Positions 50,001-59,000 of a DNA stretch of 64,000 nt are shown here, in pieces. The notes under the pieces were generated by a model. It saw nothing but the letters and a program-made list of their open reading frames with translations. It had not been told where the DNA came from and ran no database searches. Where the stretch lies: the NCBI GenBank assembly GCA_030265395.1, contig JARFYF010000001.1:98920984-98984983 (forward strand), given 5' to 3'. The first letter of the stretch is position 1. The number at the start of each line of letters is the position of its first letter. This DNA is from Rhina ancylostomus. Lineage: Eukaryota. The position numbers were made by a program, and so were the translations under genes.

Positions 50001-53000
50001 GTGGTGTCCTGTGGAACACTGGGAAGAGCACTTTATTGCTGACATCAGCATGTCTAAAAAAATTTCTGCCAGCCATGTCCTAACAAACAGTCTTGTTCTC
50101 TTGTCCCTCTATGCCAGCTCGCCTACGTTGGCTCACAGTAAAGCAGTGGCTTAAATTTTAAATTCTCTTCCACGTTTGCAAATTGCTCCAAGGCCACACC
50201 TGAATACTGACACCAAATAATGCAGCAGCATCCTAAGCATTTAGCTGATCCAGCAGAGATCAGTTTAACCTTTCTCCCAAATGCTGAGAACTCCAACCAT
50301 GCAACTCTGAAGTGTCAAGTGTTCTGAAGTCCCAGAAAAAAAGTTATTTAAAAAAGGACCTATGAATGTGGGTGGAACAAATGGTTTTAATAAAGAAGTA
50401 ATGTAAGAAATATAAAATTTATGTAATGGAAGTTAACAGGTAGATTAAGGGGTTGAACTGTAAATGGAAAATAGTTTGTATCAAGCAAAATAGCAAATGC
50501 TTCTATAAGAATGGAAGGGGTAGTCATAGAAAGAGATCATTTACTGTCAGGAAAAGAAGGGTAGAACTGTTTATGAATTTTAAGCATCAGCTTTTACAGA
50601 AGTATTTGGAGATGAGGAAGGCACATTTAGAAAACAATAATACCAAGAAGCTTAATGTAACATGGCATCATTGTCACAGGTTGTTACTGAGATCAATTGG
50701 AACATCTTTGAAGAAGAAGAATAAAATTATATAGGTATAAGGATATAAAAAAACAATGAGATTAGAATTGTTTCAGCTAGCCTGCCCTTCTAAGCTGCAA
50801 TTTCAGGGGACTTTCTTTGCCCCAGTATATCATAAAAGATTTACTTTGGTTTACAAAGATGCAATGCTTTCAGGAGAAGGATAAAACATTAGTCCTTACG
50901 GCTTTATTTTCTTGAGTAATGGATTTCCCATTCCTAGAGACCTGTAATGATTTATAGGTGATCTCAATCTACTTAATTTAAAATCTTTTAAAAAGTTGTA
51001 AGAATGAGCTTATTTTCCAATTTCTGCAAGTCGAGAATTCTCTGTACGTAGATGGTATTGAAAAGCTTGTGGATAAGCTTCAAAGTCTGCAATCTTTTTT
51101 ACATATTTAGTCACTGTATTGTTTTGGAATACTTTCCTTTTTAATCTGATTCCTTTTCAATCTGATTTCTTGGAAATTTTTCAGGAGTTTCGGGCTTTTG
51201 AGCTGCTGCGCAGTGGACTGGACAGATCAAAATATTTATTGGTAAAAGAAGCAAAGATCATTGCCATGACATGTACTCATGCTGCCTTAAAACGACATGA
51301 CCTAGTAGAGCTGGGCTTCAAGGTAAAGTGTAATTGAATCTTTTAATACAGTAGTTCTTGGAAGAGGCTCAAATATTTTAGAGCTGCTTATCTCTTGATA
51401 CATGAAGCATGCTGTATTTTAAGCTTGTTCCTTTGTACAAAATAATTTGTGTACATAAGACCAAAAATGAAACTTTGTATTCACTGAATGTGTTTTGGCA
51501 ACAACAATGGATCAACTAGAAAAATTAATTGTAAATATTTGCCACATTTTGTAAGTTATCCAAATGATGAGTTTTTACATAATGTAGAACAATTCTAATT
51601 CCACTTGTTATGTGTAATATGACAGACTTAACAGAAGTTTGTCATGGATATGATGTATTGGGAGAAACCATGTGAACCAGCTTGGTCATGAAATTTTAGC
51701 CCTTGCACTATTCATAACATAATAACTAACTGGCAGTGATCTGAGTATTTTTAAAACTATGTGATTCCTGTCATTGTGTAATTAGAATTTGAGAATTATG
51801 AATTTATAGCATCTGATTAATGAATATCATTGGTAACCCACAGGTCTGCTCTGCATTTCAGAAATACAAGTAAATTGAATCATGATTTTGCCATTATTAG
51901 TTCGAGGGTAAGGGGTGTTAAATTTGATAGCCCCTGAAAACAGAAAATCACTGGATTGTCAGTCTGTCAATATCCACGCTCTTTTGATTGCAGTGTAGGA
52001 AACATGTAAACTCTTTATAAAACATGTTCTTTACCTAACTTTTGAATCCTATGTGCAGTTCTTTCTGCAGGTATCTGCATTAAATGTTTTTCTGAATAAA
52101 TGTTATCAAATTCATTCTGTAGATTCTGAGCACTTTCCCCCAATGCCAATGTTCCTTTTAGCTTGGTTTATTTGACCATTTTGTATTGTATTAGTACAAG
52201 TCAGGTAAATTAGCTGGCTGCAATGCCAAACCTTAAGGCATTTTTTTGAGTACTTCCTTTCAATCCCCCCCCACCCCTCCCTACACCAGTATTTTGTCAG
52301 GGTTAATGCTGCAACATTGAGTTTCACTAATGATCCTTTATATAANNNNNNNNNNNNNNNNNNNNNNNNNNNNNNNNNNNNNNNNNNNNNNNNNNNNNNN
52401 NNNNNNNNNNNNNNNNNNNNNNNNNNNNNNNNNNNNNNNNNNNNNCTATTAGTTGACTTCACTTCCCCAGGACTTAAGGGGCTAGCTACAGTACCTGCAT
52501 CAGTATCAGAAAGATTATCAAAGCACCCATACAATTCCCACTGCTGTTACATCTTTTGGATAAGTTGGGGAAATAACAATGAAATTAATTAGACACAATC
52601 ACATCTTTTAATTTTGCTTTAGACTATCCAGCAGCATAAACTTACAGATATGAAATTTGTCAATTTTTTTTGGAAATCTTGGTAAGAGATGCTATCAGGG
52701 TTTCTGCAACTCACCTGGGATATTACTTCCTTAGAGTTGTTGAGGAAATTGATCACTTGGGCTCTTTGTCTTTTAAGTCCAGGTCCATTGTTGTTTATTA
52801 AATGGGTCTTGTACCTGGTGCATTCTATGTTTATTTCCCTTTTATCTTCTCCTATTGCCTTCCTCCTACTTTAAAACCTCATGTTCTTGGTACCAGTCTC
52901 ATAAATCAATGTAATGTTGTTTCTTCGGCTTTAATCTCTTTCTATTGTCAGATTCCCAGAAATGCATGCAATAACCCTTAAATCTCTGTTACAAATTCAA

Positions 53001-56000
53001 TGTTACATGTTGTTTTATTCAATCTCCTTAGATTTAAAACTGCAAATCTAATTTGCCTATATGTATGACAATAAGTTTTCTCCAGTGTGATCATACACAA
53101 TTCAGTATTGACCCAAAGGTTAATGATGAAGGGCTGTTGATTTGAACTTCAATCCCTGAAGAATAAAATCTACTGGAAATATGAAATACAAAGTTTACTT
53201 TGGTTTGCCAGAAATGCTATTTAAAATCAGATCTGAAGAATTAGCCTGTGCATTTTTAAATATTGCTGTACATTGGAATCACATACATATAGTCACCATC
53301 ATAGGGGTAGATGAGAGGATGTTTTTAGCCTTGTTTATGAATCTGTGATACCTAATACAGGAGTGTTTTGATATTATGCTGCGAACCAGAATGACTGGGT
53401 GTTCCATCATTGGATCTAATAACTCGCTCAGTTGGACCTACAATCACTAAACCATGTTTACACAATTCAATTACTTGCTTTTTGGTGGGGGTGATAAAGA
53501 GGTGGGTCTTTTATATTTGAATACGTGCACTTAAAAAACACTATCATCTTTTGACAGTATGACAACATCCTGATGGAGGAAGCAGCACAGATTCTTGAGA
53601 TTGAAACATTTATTCCACTACTACTACAGGTAATGGGTCTTTTAGTAAAAGACAGTAACCACATCAGAGGTTTGGTTGTTGGGACTGGTATTGGTCACCT
53701 CATGCAAAAATTTTGTTTGTGGTTCTCAAATTCAATTTAGTGATGTACATCTAAGTTGTTAACCTGACTGTAAGTTCATGAGTGGCATCATCAGAGAGTT
53801 GCATTTCACATTATTAGAGAAAATAAATTTATTTTAAGAAAGATATTAATTGACTGATTACTAAATGACAAAGGGGCAAACCAATGACATTTGTACATTA
53901 ACAATTTGCATGATGGAGTAAATGGTTTTGTGGCTAAGTTTGCGGATGACATCAAGATAGGCAGAGGAGAGTATTGAGGAGACAAGGTTGCAGAGAGACC
54001 TAAACAGTTTAGGAGGTTGGGCAAGNNNNNNNNNNNNNNNNNNNNNNNNNNNNNNNNNNNNNNNNNNNNNNNNNNNNNNNNNNNNNNNNNNNNNNNNNNN
54101 NNNNNNNNNNNNNNNNNNNNNNNNNCCCCTATCTTGTGTAATCTTGTGATTGACATTGATTCTTTTGATGTAATAAGTGAATGTGCAGGAGATGCTTCCA
54201 ATTTTTACGAAGTTTTTTAGACTAGAAATCGTTGATGTATTTCCATTCTCCACAGAACCCTGAAGATGGTTTCAGTAGACTGAAGCGCTGGATTATGATA
54301 GGTGATCACCATCAGCTTCCACCTGTCATTAAGAACATGGCTTTTCAAAAATATTCCAACATGGAGCAGTCCCTGTTCACACGTTTTGTTCGTTTGGGTG
54401 TTCCAACCGTGGATCTTGATGCACAGGGCAGAGCAAGGGCAAGGTAAGACAAACAAAACTTCATTTGCAAAGACAGCAGGACCTGCATTTTATCAACTGT
54501 GTTTCTTAACATTGGAATAATGAGACAAATAACCAGATAAGCTCTCTTTGCTGATGTTGCCAGGGCACTGAGAATTGAACCAATGTTCTTTGAGTATTGC
54601 CACAGGATCATTAATATCTGCCTGTAATGGCAGCTGGGGCCATAGTTTAATGTCTGGCCTGAAAAATGGCACTTCTGAAACCACAGTATTCCCATAGTAT
54701 GGCACTGTAGTGGATATCTAAATTATCTATTGGAATTTTCACAGAGGGTTACCAGCTCAACTATTTTTTCAAAAGCATCTGAGAGTTTTGAAAAAGTGGG
54801 AAATAGCAATGCATTTAAAGGAGTCAATTTATTTAAGCTTGTCAGATAATTATAGTGTCTGCTTTACTGACTTGCTCTACTTCATCCTCCATTAAGTTTG
54901 TGCAACCTCTATAACTGGCGTTACAAGAAACTCGGTAATCTTCCACACGTCCAGACTCTACCTGAGTTTTGTGCTGCTAATGCTGGGTTAGTGTATGACT
55001 TCCAACTTATCAATGTGGAGGACTTCAATGGAATCGGTGAATCAGAACCAAATCCATACTTCTACCAGGTAAATGGTTGGCTTAATAACAACAGACATTG
55101 ACGACTGATTTTATATCCCATTGACGTTTTGCTCCAAAATCATCCAGGTATTTTTGAAGTAATACACAAGAACTGAAAGAATATATTGTGTGTGTGTGTG
55201 CATTTTGAGCATGCATGCAATCGTTTTTCAAATCCATTGCCTGCTTTTCTGAAATTACCTTGTTGCACACATTTCACAGAATCTAGCTGAGGCTGAATAT
55301 GCAGTAGCCCTTTTCATGTACATGCGCCTTTTGGGATATCCCGCAGAGAGAATTAGTATCTTGACAACGTACAATGGTCAGAAGCATTTGATTCGTGATG
55401 TCATCAATCAGCGTTGTGGTAGTAATCCTCTTATAGGTCGTCCAAGCAAGGTAAGATTCCTCTTCAAACACTGTTACATGACAGATGTACAATCAGGCAG
55501 TAACACATAGTGATAATTTACAACTAGATTTTAAAATATCAACTAGTTGCAGTTGTCTGACACAGTGTGTAAACAGTACATACTGGTTAAATTTTTCCTG
55601 GTTGTTAGTTGCCAATTTCAATCACTCTCGTTGAAGTATTGAGTGGAATGGCTAGCAGAAGAATATTGGAAAGTACGTCATGACTGAGTTGTTAGTTAAT
55701 TCCTTGACTAAGAGTTGCACTGAGAGTGGCCTATGAAGGCTGTGCAAAGAAAAGGAGGTTTTTTTAATCTACTAGTAAAGTATTCCCCATATTAATCTCA
55801 ACAAATTCTTTATGCATGTAAAACTATACAGTATTGCAGATGAAAAAGTCAACTTGTTAGGGCTGCATTTTCTTATGGAGTGTGTGGATTTTAGACTGTT
55901 GCAGTCTATATCAAGTGTGATTCAGAAGTGTCATGCTCCACGGATTTTATTATAATTTTATTTCTGCAAATACTTATTTCTGCTTTTTCCTGAGAGTTAA

Positions 56001-59000
56001 TTTATAATGCCTACAACAATGACAAGGGATTTTAATATTTGTATGTATTCTGATTCAAACAGAGGACCTTTAAATGACCTTGGAAATTGTTTACCCTCAA
56101 TTCTACTCCCCGTTCCAAGTTGTTATTTCAGAAGTGAGCAGGTTTTTTTCCTTCTAGGTGACTACGGTAGACAGATTCCAGGGACAGCAGAATGATTATA
56201 TTATCCTCTCGCTGGTGCGAACCAAAGCTGTTGGACATCTGAGGTATGGTGTGTAGCGTGAGTTTTTCAGCCCCTTTGAGGTTGCAGGTGGATGTCAGCA
56301 TTACAGGACTTATTCACATGTTGATAAATAAAACAGATTAAAGACCCTAAATAAAAGTAATCAAATTACTAGAATCTAGGAAATCCTTCAGTGGATTTAC
56401 TTCAAATTCTTCATTTCTTCACAGTGTATTTCCACATGAACTTTATCAATAGTGTGACTCATCTGCTTTGTATCAATTTTCAAGAATTGCCTTTCATAGC
56501 AGAAGAGTTCCCAACTGAATGCCATTCCTGATGGTGAGTCAGGGAAAAAAAAAACGTATTCATTCTACTGGTACAGAGAAGATGCTTTAAATGATGAAAC
56601 AACAGTAAAAATGAGCAATTGGTGTAAGTAGTTGTATCTTCAGCTGTTGGCAAATGGGAATAAGCAATCTGGAATGGAATCAAAAAATCTCTTAACTTAT
56701 CTTTTGCTTTCAGTTGCTGATCCTTTCTGCATATTTAGCCTTTTTTTCATTTGATCTCTTTTTATGCTGCTTAAAATAATTGGAAATTTGGTTTCTGATG
56801 ACAGTTAATCGTCACACAGCAGCTGCTGTTTGACAGGCAATGCTGAAAGTGCCAAAGCTGTTGATGTATCTGTCAGTGATCTATGTAAATGAGGGTAGAT
56901 GAAATTTGTTTAAAATAAGATTTAGGACTGTAGTACCAGTTGTAAAATTATAATAATGCATGCTTTCAAACCACATTGTTGTAAAAGAGCCCAGGAGTCA
57001 TTTCAATAACGAATATTTGGGAATCATCTTGTTGACTTAATAAAAGTTAAGAGAGGGAGTCCTAAGTAACATTGATGTGAGAAAGAGGAATTGTGAAATT
57101 TTATGGTCATCTCTACCCTTCCTTCATCTCCATTAATCCCTTGGTCTTTCCCACACACTGTCATATTGTCTTTGTGGTTTATAGGAGCTGGGTGAGCCAA
57201 GATTCTTCGGCTAGATAGTGGCAGAACCAAAGCTACCTTATCTCAATGCCTCAAACGCTGACCTAACTCTGACTTCAGTACAGTCAATCTCTCAGCTGTC
57301 ACCTCAGATTACATTTGAGGTGCAGATTCTTGAATAGATTCAACTGTGTTTCAACTTCTTGTCTACATCTGACCAATTATTCACCTCCCTGCCATCTTCT
57401 GCCCCACTCTTCCTGCAAATGAAATTCTGATCTACCTATTTAGAGCTCTTCAGTATTCTCCTAGCTACTCCTCTCATCTCCACTTTCTTGAACTACAAAC
57501 AGAAAGCCATAGCCCAAGTTCTCAAATGTCACTGGCAAACACATTCCAAGCTCCTGTACCTCCACTCCCACTCCATATCTTTCCTGCTGTCTGAAAACTT
57601 CAATGTGTAAGTTTGTTGATCTACTTCTCCAGCATTAAACCATTACTTATTTCCTGCACTGTTGTCAACAGGCAAAGTTTCAATCACAAAAGTCATCCAC
57701 ATTTCCACTCCATCACAGACCTCTCTGCTGTCAGAAAATTTTCAATGACCTTTATCTCAAACTGCAGTAGTACCTTCTAATCCTTTTCCTCCTTTGTCAT
57801 GTTTGGTGTTTACTTCTCCATTNNNNNNNNNNNNNNNNNNNNNNNNNNNNNNNNNNNNNNNNNNNNNNNNNNNNNNNNNNNNNNNNNNNNNNNNNNNNCA
57901 TATGTCTTTTTTTAGAATGTGGGAGGAAACCGGAGCACCCGGAGGAAACCCACGCAGACACGGGCGAACATACAAACTCCTTACAGACAGCGATGGGAAT
58001 CGAACCCCGATCACTGGTGCTGTAATAGCGTCATGCTAGCTGCTACGCTACCATGCTAAAACATTCAATCATTAATATGATCCTATTTGAATGCAAGTTC
58101 AGAAGCATAGTAAATTAGAATAGAGAGTTGTTTAGCAAATTAAATTAAATAATAAATCATGATTGACTCCCAAATCATTTTATGACTCACCTAAATGCTT
58201 GTCAAAGATATCCAGTTGAATTAGTGAATAAACAGTGCCGTATGGTCATTAATTGTCAGCTTAAAACTTTCAGCTTATTTAATTGGAAAAAAATGGCAAC
58301 TGAACCTTATTGAAGTGACAGTTATTACATGGAAATACTACTTATTTAAGACAAGATCTTTTTTTAATCTCCAGGTTGCTGCAATGATCAGTACATTAAC
58401 AGTTATCTTGTTTTTTTCTTCAGAGATGTTCGGCGGTTAGTTGTTGCCATGTCAAGAGCCAGGCTTGGGCTGTACATCTTTGCTAGAGTATCACTCTTCC
58501 AGAACTGCTTTGAACTTACTCCAGCCTTCAATCAACTGACTGCTCGGCCACTTCAGCTCCACATTGTGCCATCAGAGTATTTCCCCACAGAGAGAAGGGT
58601 ATCTCTTTTGTGTTTTGGCTTACAGCAGTAATTTTACAATGTTTCTGGCATGTTTTAGCAGTACTGTTACAATGGTTGGTAATGTTTGTTTTTTTTTAGA
58701 ATGGCCATGTTCCAACCCACTTGATGCGAGTTATCAAAAATATGCCAGAGATGGCAAATTTTGTTTACAATATGTACATGCACATCATTCAGAGTATGCA
58801 CCAATACAGACAGGTAAGCAGCTGCTTTTATATTTCTCTTGGCACCAAATTTGCCCACTTCTTTTTTGTGTGTCCACCTTTCTCAAATAGGCACACAAAT
58901 CTTTAAAGCCTATTTTGAAGTTTTATGAGATTTTTAGCGTGTTTGTGTTGTGTTTGATCATTCTTTTTATTCAGTTCCATCTGATATGGGCATTTGTCTG

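Noticed and set aside
53570-53590. Helicase motif II reads EEAAQ instead of DEAxQ
   Set aside because: This is the normal Aquarius sequence, also present in human, not a lineage-specific change.
58599-58699. GTATCTCTTT donor resembling a U12 site (also GTATCAG at 40010)
   Set aside because: It lacks the CC at +5/+6, has no CCTTAAC branch motif and has a normal pyrimidine tract, so it is a U2 intron.
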